Shown here: positions 16,522-25,467 of the stretch, in pieces
Position numbering within the stretch: position 1 is the stretch's first letter
Layout: every line of letters begins with the position of its first letter
Origin: an uncultured Thermoleophilaceae bacterium
GTDB lineage: Bacteria > Actinomycetota > Thermoleophilia > Solirubrobacterales > Thermoleophilaceae
Length of the DNA stretch: 64,000 nucleotides
Assembly: GCA_963826165.1 (NCBI GenBank)
Contig: CAWGWC010000017.1
Span: 121,233 to 185,232, forward strand
Direction: 5' to 3'
Position numbers and translations under genes: made by a program
The notes under the pieces: model-generated
Seen by the model: only the letters and a program-made list of their open reading frames with translations
What the model was told of the DNA's origin: nothing
Databases searched by the model: none

Positions 16522-17715
16522 ATGGCCACCCTTCGCCGGCGCGAGCTGATCGGGATGGGGCTCGGCGGCGTGGCGGCCGTCTCGCTGGGCGCCGCCTTCT
16601 GGGACGACCTGTTCGCCGAGGCCGAGAGCGCGCCCCTCAGGAAGGGCCGCGGCTACGGCCCACTGGCCGCGCCCGACGCCAACGGGGTGCGCCTGCCCGA
16701 GGGCTTCCGCTCGCGGGTGGTGGCCCGTGGCGGTGAACCGGTGGGGGCGAGCCGCTACCGCTGGCACGTGGCCTCGGACGGGATGGCCGCGTTCGGTCGC
16801 GACGACGACGGCTTCGTGCTCGTCTCCAACTCGGAGGCCTACGAGGGTGGCGCCTCGGCTCTGCTCTTCGACCGTCGCGGTGAGGTCACCGACGCCTACC
16901 GGATCCTGGGCGGCACCACCCAGAACTGCTCCGGCGGGGCGACCCCGTGGGGCACGTGGCTGTCGTGTGAGGAGGTAGAGGACGGTCTCGTGTGGGAGTG
17001 CGATCCGTCCGGGCGCCGGCGTGCGGTGGCCCATCCGGCGATGGGCGTGTTCAAGCACGAGGCGGCCGCGGTGGACGCCGCGGCTCGCCGCATCTACCTG
17101 ACCGAGGACCTGATCGACGGCGGCCTGTACCGCTTCACCCCCGGGCGCTGGCCGGACCTGTCGGCCGGGCAGCTCGAGATCGCCCGTGTCGACCGCGGCG
17201 GCCGGGTCGCCTGGGTGGAGGTGCCCGATCCGCTGGCCCGCCGGGAGCGCACTCGCCACCAGGTGCCGGGCAGCCAGCGGTTCGAGCGGGGTGAGGGCAT
17301 CTGGCTCGACGGGTCGACGCTCTACGTGAGCACCACCGCCGATCACCGCGTGCACGCCTACGACACGCGCCGCGAGCGCATCGACGTCATCTATGACGGC
17401 CTGTCCTCCCGCAGCGCCCCGCTGCTACGCGTGGACCAGCTGACCGGCTCGCGCGGGGGAGAGGTGTTCGTGTGCGAGGACCTGGCCACCGAGGAGATCG
17501 ACATGGGTGTGATCGATCGCGACCGCAAGGTGTCGAGGTTCCTGTCGGTCACCGGACCGCAGCACGCTCGTTCCGAGCTGACCGGAGTGACGTTCGACCC
17601 CTCGGGGCGGCGCATGTTCGTGGCCTCGCAGCGCGCCTTGCCGGAGAACGATGCCGAGCCCGGTCCCGGGGCGATCTACGAGATCACGGGACCGTTCCGC
17701 GGCACGGCCGCCTGA
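16522..17715 (+). CDS. Tat-exported PhoX/DUF839-family beta-propeller protein (putative phosphatase)
   Basis: ATG 16522 in frame within ORF 16360..17715. Tat motif LRRRELIGMGLGG. NCSGGATPWGTWLSCEE, HEAAAVD, TGVTFDPSG blocks. Confidence 0.8.
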   Translation: MATLRRRELIGMGLGGVAAVSLGAAFWDDLFAEAESAPLRKGRGYGPLAAPDANGVRLPEGFRSRVVARGGEPVGASRYRWHVASDGMAAFGRDDDGFVLVSNSEAYEGGASALLFDRRGEVTDAYRILGGTTQNCSGGATPWGTWLSCEEVEDGLVWECDPSGRRRAVAHPAMGVFKHEAAAVDAAARRIYLTEDLIDGGLYRFTPGRWPDLSAGQLEIARVDRGGRVAWVEVPDPLARRERTRHQVPGSQRFERGEGIWLDGSTLYVSTTADHRVHAYDTRRERIDVIYDGLSSRSAPLLRVDQLTGSRGGEVFVCEDLATEEIDMGVIDRDRKVSRFLSVTGPQHARSELTGVTFDPSGRRMFVASQRALPENDAEPGPGAIYEITGPFRGTAA

Positions 17716-18270
17716 TCAGGCTCCGACCCAGCGGATCCGCGCGCCCGTGATGCTCGCCGTCGAACGCCGCGCCGGCGCCGTTTCGAAGACCTCCAGCCGG
17801 CGGACGACCTGTTCGCGCTGCCGGTCGAGCTCGGCCAGCCGAAGCTGGAGACCGTCGCGGACCGCCTCGAGCTCCGCTTCCGACAGCAGGCCGGCACCGG
17901 GCGACCGTGAGGGGCGTGCGCCTTCGGCCTCGCTGGCGAGCGGAGGCAGTCGCACGAGCGATGCTTCGAGCGCCGCAATCTGCGCTCGAAGCTCCCGGCG
18001 CGCGACCGCCGGGGCGGACGAGTCCGCCACGAAGCTTCCGCGTCCGTGCTCGGTGCGCACGAGGCCCTCGTTCTCCAGGCGCAGGTAGACAGACCGCACG
18101 GTGTTGACGTTCACGCCGGCGGCCGTGGCGAGCTCTCGCAGGCTGGGCAGCTGATCGCCCGGCGCCAGCTCCCGCGAAGCGATCAGGTCCTTGAGCTTGG
18201 TCGCCAGCTGGGTGCCAAGCGCCACCGGAAGCTCTCGCACCAAGCGGTATTCGGCCAGGTCTGGGGACAC
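17716..18270 (-). CDS. GntR-family (YtrA-like, short helical C-domain) transcriptional regulator
   Basis: GTG 18270 in frame within ORF 17716..18339. wHTH LPSLRELATAAGVNVNTVRSVYLRLENEGLVRTEHGRGSFV, then a coiled-coil tail. Confidence 0.8.
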   Translation of the reverse strand: MSPDLAEYRLVRELPVALGTQLATKLKDLIASRELAPGDQLPSLRELATAAGVNVNTVRSVYLRLENEGLVRTEHGRGSFVADSSAPAVARRELRAQIAALEASLVRLPPLASEAEGARPSRSPGAGLLSEAELEAVRDGLQLRLAELDRQREQVVRRLEVFETAPARRSTASITGARIRWVGA

Positions 18271-18294
18271 AGCGACAGAGTATCCAACTGTGCG

Positions 18295-18329
18295 GCTGTG
18301 ACAACACAGCGGCGACTGTGATAGCACAG
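18295..18329. promoter_or_regulatory. Two tandem palindromes, GCTGTG-ACAA-CACAGC (18295-18310) and CTGTG-ATAG-CACAG (18316-18329); candidate GntR operator
   Basis: Read directly in the 63-bp gntR/yrbE divergent spacer. An extra ACTGTG half-site lies at 18288-18293. Confidence 0.5.
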
Positions 18330-18333
18330 CAGT

Positions 18334-19107
18334 GTGCACGGGATCTCTGACCTGGGGGAGATGGCGGGCTTCAGCGCGCGCGTCACCGGGGCCGTGCTCT
18401 CCGGGCGGGTGCTGCGCTTCTTCGGCGAGGCGCTGCGGCAGGCCGGCATCCTGATCCTCGGCTCGGCGCTCGTCATCTGGGGCACCGCGTTCACGCTCGG
18501 CCTCACGTGCGGCATCGAGGGCGCCTATTTCAGCCGCTCCACCGGCACCCCGCCGTACGCGGGCGTGTTCAGCGCCTGGTGCGACCTGCGCGAGATCATC
18601 CCCTACGCCTTCGGCTACATGATGTCGGCCAAGGTCGGCACCGGCCTGGTGGCCGAGATCGGCGCGATGCGCATCTCGGACGAGATCGACGCCCTCGAGG
18701 TGATGGGCGTGGACTCGCTCGTCTTTCTATGCGCCACCCGCCTGCTCGCCTGCTGGATCGTGTTGCCGTTCATCTATGTCGGCGCCGTGGGCGCCGGCTT
18801 CTTCGCCAGCTACCTGGCGGTGGTCCAGCAGGTCGGCGAGGTCAGCTCGGGTGGCTACTTCCTGATCTTCTGGATGTTCCAGAACCCGCCGGACCTCGTC
18901 TTCAGCCTGATCAAGGCGATGGCGATGGGTACGGCCATCGTGTTGATCGGCTGCTACTACGGCTACACGGCCAGCGGCGGTCCGGTGGGCGTGGGCACGG
19001 CCACCGCCAAGTCGATGGTGCTCAACACCGTGATGGTCCATCTGATCGGCATGGCCGGCACCCAGATCTTCTGGGGCTCGAATCCGCGTGCACCGATCGG
19101 CGGCTAG
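18334..19107 (+). CDS. MlaE/YrbE-family ABC permease (Mce/Mla-type), solitary
   Basis: 257 aa (alternative ATG at 18361). AEIGAMRISDEIDALEVMGVD signature. No MlaF/MlaD/Mce genes nearby. Confidence 0.85.
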   Translation: MHGISDLGEMAGFSARVTGAVLSGRVLRFFGEALRQAGILILGSALVIWGTAFTLGLTCGIEGAYFSRSTGTPPYAGVFSAWCDLREIIPYAFGYMMSAKVGTGLVAEIGAMRISDEIDALEVMGVDSLVFLCATRLLACWIVLPFIYVGAVGAGFFASYLAVVQQVGEVSSGGYFLIFWMFQNPPDLVFSLIKAMAMGTAIVLIGCYYGYTASGGPVGVGTATAKSMVLNTVMVHLIGMAGTQIFWGSNPRAPIGG

Positions 19108-19116
19108 GCTCGTCGC

Positions 19117-20616
19117 ATGGAAGCCACCGCGGCGGTTCGTGTGCTCGACAACTACGTCGGGGGTGCCTGGACTCCCGCTTCGGAGGGAGCTGACGCGCTC
19201 GACGTGACCAACCCGGCGTCGAGTGAGGTGCTGGCGCGGGTGCCGTTGTCGGCGGCGGCCGATCTGGACCGGGCGGTGGAGGCGGCGCGGGCGGCGCTGC
19301 CGGCGTGGCGCGACGTGTCGGTGATCGCCCGGGCGCGTCATCTGTTCGCCCTGCGGGCGGGTCTGGACGAGCGCCGCGAGGAGCTGGCGCGCTCGGTCAC
19401 GACCGAGATGGGCAAGACGATCGGCGACGCGCGGGCGGAGGTGGCGCGCATGATCGAGATGGTCGAGGCGGCGTGCGCGATCCCCACGACGATGCAGGGA
19501 CGGATCCTGGAGGACGTGTCGCGCGGGATCGACGCGGAGACGATCCGCCAGCCGGTGGGGGTGTGCGCGGCGATCGTGCCGTTCAACTTCCCGGCGATGG
19601 TGCCGTTCTGGTTCCTGCCGTTTGCGATCGGCTGCGGCAACACGTTCATCCTCAAGCCGTCCGAGCAGGTGCCGCTCACCCAGCAGATCGCCTTCGAGGT
19701 GCTCGACTCGCTCGGCCTGCCCCCGGGCGTGGTCAATCTCGTGAACGGGGGGCGCGAGATCGTGGAGGGGATCCTCGATCACCCGGGGATCGACGCGGTG
19801 TCGTTCGTGGGGTCGGCGCCGGTGGCCAAGATCGTCTACGAGCGCTCGGCTCAGGCGGGCAAGCGGGTGCAGGCGCTGGGCGGGGCCAAGAACCACATGG
19901 TGGTGATGCCGGACGCGGTGATCGACAAGACGGTGGCCGGGATCGTCGGATCGGCCTTCGGGGCCGCCGGACAGCGCTGTATGGCCGGCTCGGTTGTCGT
20001 GACCGTCGGAGAGGCCCACGAGCGGCTGGTGCCCGCTCTGCGCGAGGCCGCCGAGGAGATTCGGGTGGGCGACGGGGCAGACGAGGACACCGAGCTCGGT
20101 CCGGTGGTGTCCGAGCAGGCGCGCGAGCGGATCGTCTCCATGATCGAGCGCGGGGTGGAGGAGGGGGCCGAGCTGTTGGTCGACGGCCGCGATCCCGCGG
20201 CGGCGGGCGAGGGCTGCTACCTGGGGGCCACCATCCTCGACGGGGCGAGGCCCGAGATGGACATCGTCAGCGAGGAGATCTTCGGACCCGTGCTGTCGCT
20301 CGTCCACGTGGACACGCTCGACGAGGCGCTCGAGACCATCGCAAGCTCCCGGTTCGGCAACGGGGTGTCGATCTTCACCGAGTCGGGGGCCGCCGTGCGG
20401 CGCTTCAAGCACGACGTCGACGCCGGCATGGTCGGGGTCAACATCGGCGTGGCCGCGCCGGTGGCCTTCTTCCCGTTCTCGGGCTGGAAGGACAGCTTCC
20501 TCGGCGACCTGCACGCCCACGGCCCCGACGCCGTCGAGTTCTACACCAAGAAGAAGACCGTCACGAGCCGCTACTACTCGAGCGGCGAGAGCGGCGCGTA
20601 CTTCGTCGAAAGCTGA
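19117..20616 (+). CDS. mmsA: CoA-acylating methylmalonate-semialdehyde dehydrogenase
   Basis: 499 aa. VPFNFPAMVPFW, FILKPSEQVPLT, GGAKNH, catalytic AGQRCMAGS, C-terminal FPFSGWKDSFLGDLHAHG. Confidence 0.9.
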   Translation: MEATAAVRVLDNYVGGAWTPASEGADALDVTNPASSEVLARVPLSAAADLDRAVEAARAALPAWRDVSVIARARHLFALRAGLDERREELARSVTTEMGKTIGDARAEVARMIEMVEAACAIPTTMQGRILEDVSRGIDAETIRQPVGVCAAIVPFNFPAMVPFWFLPFAIGCGNTFILKPSEQVPLTQQIAFEVLDSLGLPPGVVNLVNGGREIVEGILDHPGIDAVSFVGSAPVAKIVYERSAQAGKRVQALGGAKNHMVVMPDAVIDKTVAGIVGSAFGAAGQRCMAGSVVVTVGEAHERLVPALREAAEEIRVGDGADEDTELGPVVSEQARERIVSMIERGVEEGAELLVDGRDPAAAGEGCYLGATILDGARPEMDIVSEEIFGPVLSLVHVDTLDEALETIASSRFGNGVSIFTESGAAVRRFKHDVDAGMVGVNIGVAAPVAFFPFSGWKDSFLGDLHAHGPDAVEFYTKKKTVTSRYYSSGESGAYFVES

Positions 20617-20622
20617 GCACCC

Positions 20623-21405
20623 GTGGCCGGCGCGACGCTGCTCGCCGCCGCCGCGTTCTTCGGAGGAGGCTCCGAGGCCGTCGAGCCCACCGCGACCGCA
20701 CGGCGCTGCCCATCGCGGGCTCCGGAAGGGATCAGGATGCCGCCCTGGCTACAGGCTCGGCGCGCCACCCTGCTCGTGGACTCGGTTCTCCTGGGCGCCG
20801 TGCCGGCGGTGCGGGCCCGGCGCCCGTGCTGGCGGATCGGGGTTCGTGGCCGGCCCGCGCTGATGGTCGATGATGCCGCGCGCCAGCTGCGCGCGCAGGG
20901 GCGGCGGGTGGCCCCGCTCGTGGTGGTGGGCCTCGGCTACAACTCGCTCTGGGAGCGTGATCGCCGCAACTACTCGAAGTGGGCGACGCGCTTCGACAGC
21001 CACGCGAGCGTGCTGGTGCGAACACTGCGTGGTCTGGGTGCCCGCCAGATCGTGTGGGTGACCCTCCGCGAGCTGCGCCCGGGCCTCGTGCCGCCCGGCG
21101 GGCACGATCAGTTCGCGCGCTACGCGTGGTACTTCCCGTACGTGAACAACCGCCTGCGGCGGCTGGACCGGCGCCGCCGCGACACGGTCATCGCCAAGTG
21201 GCACATCGCCGCCGACCGGCCCGGCCTGACCTACGACGCCATTCACACCAACACAGTGGGCTCGCGTGTCATGTCCCGCACCATCTGGCGTCGCGTGAGC
21301 AGGGAGGCCCGGCGGCAGGGCCGGTCAGCAGGTCAGCGGAACAGGTCCTCTTCCGCCGGCCTGCGCAGCGGCGCGGCACCGGGGCCGTCCTCGGCGCTGA
21401 CGTAG
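20623..21405 (+). CDS. Hypothetical SGNH/GDSL-like hydrolase
   Basis: Blocks LLVDSVLLG (Ser block), GLGYNSL and YDAIHTN (DxxH). Alternative start ATG 20737 after GGAAGGG. The low-complexity tail overlaps the cofE 3' end by 73 bp. Confidence 0.55.
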   Translation: MAGATLLAAAAFFGGGSEAVEPTATARRCPSRAPEGIRMPPWLQARRATLLVDSVLLGAVPAVRARRPCWRIGVRGRPALMVDDAARQLRAQGRRVAPLVVVGLGYNSLWERDRRNYSKWATRFDSHASVLVRTLRGLGARQIVWVTLRELRPGLVPPGGHDQFARYAWYFPYVNNRLRRLDRRRRDTVIAKWHIAADRPGLTYDAIHTNTVGSRVMSRTIWRRVSREARRQGRSAGQRNRSSSAGLRSGAAPGPSSALT

Positions 21406-22013
21406 CGTTCCAACCCTCGCACCAGCACCGCGGGCTGGCGCGAGCTCTTCGAGCGGGCAAGGTCGGCCACCCCGGCCGCGGCGTCGGCCACCGCGATGCT
21501 GGTGACCCGCAGCTCGCGGCCGAAGGCGTCGGGCCGGCCGCGCCATTCCTCGATCGGCGTCAGGCCGGCAAGTCCAATGGCAACGTCTGTCTGGCCCATG
21601 CGCCACGCCCGGCCGAACGAATCGGTGACCACCACGGCCGGCCTGACCCCACGCGCACGCCCGATGCCTTCGCGCAGCCGCCGCGCCGAGGCGTCGGGAT
21701 CCTCGGGCAGCAGCACCAGCTCTCCCTCCGTGGAGGCGTTCGACTGGTCGATGCCGGCGTTGGCGCATACGAAGCCGTGCCGGGTCACGGCGATCAGCAC
21801 GCCGTCGGTCGCCCGCAGCAGCTCCGTCGACTCGTCGAGCACCGCCTGCACCAGGCGCGGGTCCTTGTCGTGCTCGGCGGCGAGCTCGCGCGCCTCGCGT
21901 CCCGGATCGATGTGGGCCAGGATCCGTGTGCGGCCCTCGGCCTTGGACACCACCTTGTGGGCGATCACCACCACGTCGCCGTCGCGCAGGTCAGGCGGCG
22001 CCGCCGCGGCCAC
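21333..22013 (-). CDS. cofE: Coenzyme F420-0:L-glutamate ligase, stand-alone CofE type (no FbiB C-terminal domain)
   Basis: DGDVVVIAHKVVSKAEGR, FVCANAGIDQSN and DSFGRAWRMGQTDVAIG motifs. The conserved N-terminal sequence LTVTALAPLPGIGYGEDLAGL continues upstream of GTG 22013 without any ATG/GTG/TTG (see findings). Confidence 0.85.
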   Translation of the reverse strand: MAAAAPPDLRDGDVVVIAHKVVSKAEGRTRILAHIDPGREARELAAEHDKDPRLVQAVLDESTELLRATDGVLIAVTRHGFVCANAGIDQSNASTEGELVLLPEDPDASARRLREGIGRARGVRPAVVVTDSFGRAWRMGQTDVAIGLAGLTPIEEWRGRPDAFGRELRVTSIAVADAAAGVADLARSKSSRQPAVLVRGLERYVSAEDGPGAAPLRRPAEEDLFR

Positions 22014-22081
22014 CAGCCCGGCGAGATCCTCGCCGTAGCCGATCCCGGGCAGCGGGGCCAGGGCGGTGACGGTCAGCGGGC

Positions 22082-22774
22082 TCAGGCGGCGGGAGCGGGC
22101 GCCGCCCGCGTGGCTGAAGCACGGGCGCGCGACCGGTCGAGCTGACGCAGCGCACCGCGGGTGGAGGGCGCATGGCCGCGCCGGGTTTCGAGCGCCAGGG
22201 ACAGCTCGGCCAGGTCGTCCGGCGTGTCCACGTCGAGCATCAGGGTGGACAGCTCCGCCACCACAGGCTCCACACCCGTCGCGCGTGCGGCGCCCATGTG
22301 GCGCTCGAAGCTTCCCGGGCCGAAGCTCGGCGCGATCGCGTCGGGCGGAGCGAGCAGCAGAGCGTTGGTCCCGGTGCCGTGGCGATCGGGCACCACCGCC
22401 ACCGGCGGCGCCTGCGCCAGCAGGCCGTCGACCTCGTCCGGGTCGAGCAGGGGCGTGTCGCCCGGCACCAGCAGCACGCGCTCGTAGCCCGCGTCGATGG
22501 CGTGGCGGATGCCGATCGAGGCGGCCTGCGACTGGCCCTGCTGGTCGGGATCCCTCAGCACCTGCACGCTCTGGCCGAGGGCGACGCTCTCAGCCACGCG
22601 GTCAGCGGTCACGACCGCGACCGCGTCGAGCCCGGCGACGTGCCGCAGCGAGGTGAGCACGTCCGAGAACATGGCCTGCGCGAGCGCCTGGCGCGAGCCG
22701 GCCCCGAGCTGACCGGCGAGCCGTTGCTTGGCAGCGCCGAAGCTCTTCACCGGGAGGATCGCGATCGTTCTCAT
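22082..22774 (-). CDS. cofC: Phosphoenolpyruvate/2-phospho-L-lactate guanylyltransferase (CofC/FbiD)
   Basis: ATG 22774 in frame within ORF 22082..23452. MRTIAILPVKSFGAAKQRL, VLLVPGDTPLL, GTGTNALL. Confidence 0.85.
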   Translation of the reverse strand: MRTIAILPVKSFGAAKQRLAGQLGAGSRQALAQAMFSDVLTSLRHVAGLDAVAVVTADRVAESVALGQSVQVLRDPDQQGQSQAASIGIRHAIDAGYERVLLVPGDTPLLDPDEVDGLLAQAPPVAVVPDRHGTGTNALLLAPPDAIAPSFGPGSFERHMGAARATGVEPVVAELSTLMLDVDTPDDLAELSLALETRRGHAPSTRGALRQLDRSRARASATRAAPAPAA

Positions 22775-22833
22775 CAGGCGGCCGGGGGGACTGGCCGAGA
22801 GTAGCGCGATGAGGTCCCGGGCCCCAGCCTCGC

Positions 22834-23733
22834 CTAGCGAAGCTTCGCCGCAAAGTCGAGGGTGTTCGTGGCGACCCGCACACGCTCCCGTGCGTCGGCC
22901 ATGAGCGTGGGAACGACCAGCGAGGGCAGCCCCTCCACCGGCTCGTCGGCCACCACGCCGTCGAGCACGTCGCGGTACGCGACGGCGATCCCCTGGGCGC
23001 TCCGCTCGATCGCGGCGTAGTCGCAGAAGGCGTCGGTGGGGCCCTTGAGCGTGCGACCGCCCACGAACGGGCTGACCGCCACCACCGGCGCGCCGGCCTC
23101 GCGCAGCGCGTTCCTCATGCCGGGAAGGGCGAGGATCGGCCCGATCGAGATCACCGGGTTCGAGGGACCGATCACGATGACGTCTGCGTCGCGCAGCGCT
23201 CCGAGAACGGCTTCGCTCGGCTCCGCCGCCTCCACGCCACGCAGCTCCACGCTCTCGACCGGGCCGCGAGCCCCCTCGACGATCATGAACTCCTGAAAGG
23301 GCAGGCTGAGCCCGCGGGCGTCCACCCAGGTGGCCACGGGCTGGTCCGACATGGGCAGTACCCGCGCCTCCACACCCATCGCCTCCACCACCGCCGCGTG
23401 CGCCTCGGTCAGCGAGCGTCCGGCGCGCAGCAGCTCGGTGCGCACGAGGCACATCGCGAGGTCGCGGTCGCCGAGGCGAAACCAGGACGGCCGGCCCGCC
23501 TTCTCGAGCGCCTCCATGACCCGCCAGCTGTCGTCACGCAGGCCCCAGCCCCGCTCGTCGATCTCGTCCGCCAGCCACCAGGTCACGAGGTCGGGGTCGG
23601 GCGAGACGTGAACGCCGTAGACCTCGACGTCGTCACCCGTGTTGGCGATGACGGTGAGCCGGCCGGCCACCTCGGCCAGTCCGCGAGCGAGCTTTGCCCC
23701 GCCCGTACCGCCGGAGAGAAGGGCCACGTCCAC
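22834..23733 (-). CDS. cofD: 2-phospho-L-lactate transferase (CofD/FbiA)
   Basis: 299 aa. LSGGTGGAKLARGL, VIANTGDD, VIGPSNPVISIGPIL. Confidence 0.9.
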   Translation of the reverse strand: MDVALLSGGTGGAKLARGLAEVAGRLTVIANTGDDVEVYGVHVSPDPDLVTWWLADEIDERGWGLRDDSWRVMEALEKAGRPSWFRLGDRDLAMCLVRTELLRAGRSLTEAHAAVVEAMGVEARVLPMSDQPVATWVDARGLSLPFQEFMIVEGARGPVESVELRGVEAAEPSEAVLGALRDADVIVIGPSNPVISIGPILALPGMRNALREAGAPVVAVSPFVGGRTLKGPTDAFCDYAAIERSAQGIAVAYRDVLDGVVADEPVEGLPSLVVPTLMADARERVRVATNTLDFAAKLR

Positions 23734-23773
23734 GGGGCGGCCACCCTAACGAACGGATAGGCTGCCGCGCGGC

Positions 23774-24523
23774 TTGAGACTGGCGCAGCGCACAGCCCTG
23801 GTCACCGGCGGCGCGTCTGGCATCGGCGCCGCCACGTCACGCCGCCTGGCAGCCGAGGGCGCCAGCGTGGCGGTCACCGACCTGAACCTCGAGGGCGCCC
23901 GGGCGGTGGCCGGCGAGATCGACGGCGCCGCCTTCGAGCTCGACGTTCGCTCGCCCGATTCGGTGCGCGCGGCGTTGGAGGGCACGGCGAGCGAGCTGGG
24001 GCCGGTGGACATCCTCGTCAACAACGCCGGCTACGACGAGTGGAGCTTCTTCACCCACACCGACCCGGAGCTGTGGGCTCGTGTGCTGGCCGTGAACCTG
24101 GTGGGCGTGCTGGCCTGCACCCACGCCGTCCTGCCCGGCATGCAGGAGCGCCGCCGCGGCCGCATCGTCAACGTCTCCTCGGAGGCGGGCCGGGTGGGCT
24201 CGAGCGGCTCCGCCGTGTACTCCGCCGCCAAGGGAGGGGTGCTCGGCTTCACCAAGGCGATCGCCATCGAGAACGGCCGCTACGGGGTGACCTGCAATGC
24301 GGTTGCTCCGGGGCCGATCGAGACGCCCCTGCTGATGGCTGCGCCCGACGCGCTGGGGGAGAAGGGGCAGCGGCTGGTGGAGAACATGGTCGGCGCCACC
24401 AACCTTCGCCGCCTCGGCCAGCCCGACGAGGTGGCCGCTGCGATCGCGTTCCTCGCTTCCGACGACGCGTCCTACGTGACCGGACAGTCGCTCGGCGTGA
24501 GCGGCGGGCTTGCCAGAATCTGA
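23774..24523 (+). CDS. SDR-family oxidoreductase (FabG-like)
   Basis: 249 aa, TTG start. TGGASGIG, NNAG, YSAAKGG, PGPIETP. Confidence 0.9.
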   Translation: MRLAQRTALVTGGASGIGAATSRRLAAEGASVAVTDLNLEGARAVAGEIDGAAFELDVRSPDSVRAALEGTASELGPVDILVNNAGYDEWSFFTHTDPELWARVLAVNLVGVLACTHAVLPGMQERRRGRIVNVSSEAGRVGSSGSAVYSAAKGGVLGFTKAIAIENGRYGVTCNAVAPGPIETPLLMAAPDALGEKGQRLVENMVGATNLRRLGQPDEVAAAIAFLASDDASYVTGQSLGVSGGLARI

Positions 24524-24525
24524 GC

Positions 24526-25437
24526 GTGCCCGACGTCACCGAGACGGTTCGCATCCGCGAGGTCGGACCCCGCGACGGCTTCCAGAACGAGCCCGAGGTC
24601 ATCGCCACCGCGGACAAGGTGAGGCTCGTGGAGATGCTGGGCCGCACCGGGGTCCGGCGCCTGGAGGTCACGAGCTTCGTCCGGGCCGACGTGATCCCGC
24701 AGCTGGCCGACGGCGCCGAGGTCCTCCGCCGCGCCGAGATCCCGGACGACGTGGCGGTGACCGTGTTGGTCCCCAACGAACGGGGACTCGACAACGCGCT
24801 CGACGTGCGCGACCGCTTCAGCGAGATCAACCTCTTCCTGTCGGCCTCGGAGACCCACAACCGGAAGAACGTGAACCGCTCGATCGAGGAGTCGCTCACC
24901 GGGCTCGAGCGAGTGGTGGCGCGAGCGCGCGAGGAAGGGCTGCGCTGCGAGGGCGTGATCTCCGTGGCGTTCGGCTGTCCCTACGAGGGGGAGGTCCCGC
25001 GTGATCGGGTCGTGTCGATCGCTCAGCGGCTGATCGATGCCGGATGCGAGGAGATCGCCTTCGGCGACACCACCGGAATGGCCAACCCCGGCCAGGTGCG
25101 GCGCTTCTTCGGCGAACTCGACCTCGACGTGGAGCTCACCGCTCACTTCCACAACACCCGTGGTCAGGGGCTGGCCAACGTGCTGGCGGCGCTCGACTCG
25201 GGCGTGCGCTCGTTCGAATCCTCGTTCGGCGAGCTGGGCGGGTGCCCGGTCCCTCCCGGAGCCACGGGCAATGTCGCCAGCGAGGACCTGGTCTCGATGC
25301 TCCACGAGATGGGGTACGACACCGGCATCGACCTGGAGCGCCTGGTGGCCTGTGCCCGAGAGGCGCAGCGGCTGCTCGGCCGCCCGCTGGGCAGCCACGT
25401 GCTCACCGCCGGACCGGTGGAATGGCACCGGGCATAG
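24526..25437 (+). CDS. Hydroxymethylglutaryl-CoA lyase
   Basis: GTG 24526, 3 nt after the SDR stop, in frame within ORF 24040..25437. EVGPRDGFQNE, FGDTTGMANP, HFHNTRGQGLAN, GGCPVPPGATGN. Confidence 0.9.
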   Translation: MPDVTETVRIREVGPRDGFQNEPEVIATADKVRLVEMLGRTGVRRLEVTSFVRADVIPQLADGAEVLRRAEIPDDVAVTVLVPNERGLDNALDVRDRFSEINLFLSASETHNRKNVNRSIEESLTGLERVVARAREEGLRCEGVISVAFGCPYEGEVPRDRVVSIAQRLIDAGCEEIAFGDTTGMANPGQVRRFFGELDLDVELTAHFHNTRGQGLANVLAALDSGVRSFESSFGELGGCPVPPGATGNVASEDLVSMLHEMGYDTGIDLERLVACAREAQRLLGRPLGSHVLTAGPVEWHRA

Positions 25438-25467
25438 CCCGCGCGATTCCTGGGTAGCGATCGCAAC

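Noticed and set aside
14733-16529. 598-aa ORF antisense to fbiC
   Set aside because: Shadow frame of a strongly supported radical-SAM gene. The composition is Arg/Ala/Gly-biased and no domain is recognisable.
18727-20520. 597-aa ORF antisense to yrbE/mmsA. Similar cases: 24472..26382, 26994..28265, 28605..29555, 43581..44519, 50515..52131 and 62678..63943
   Set aside because: All lie opposite genes with clear family motifs and have shadow-ORF composition.
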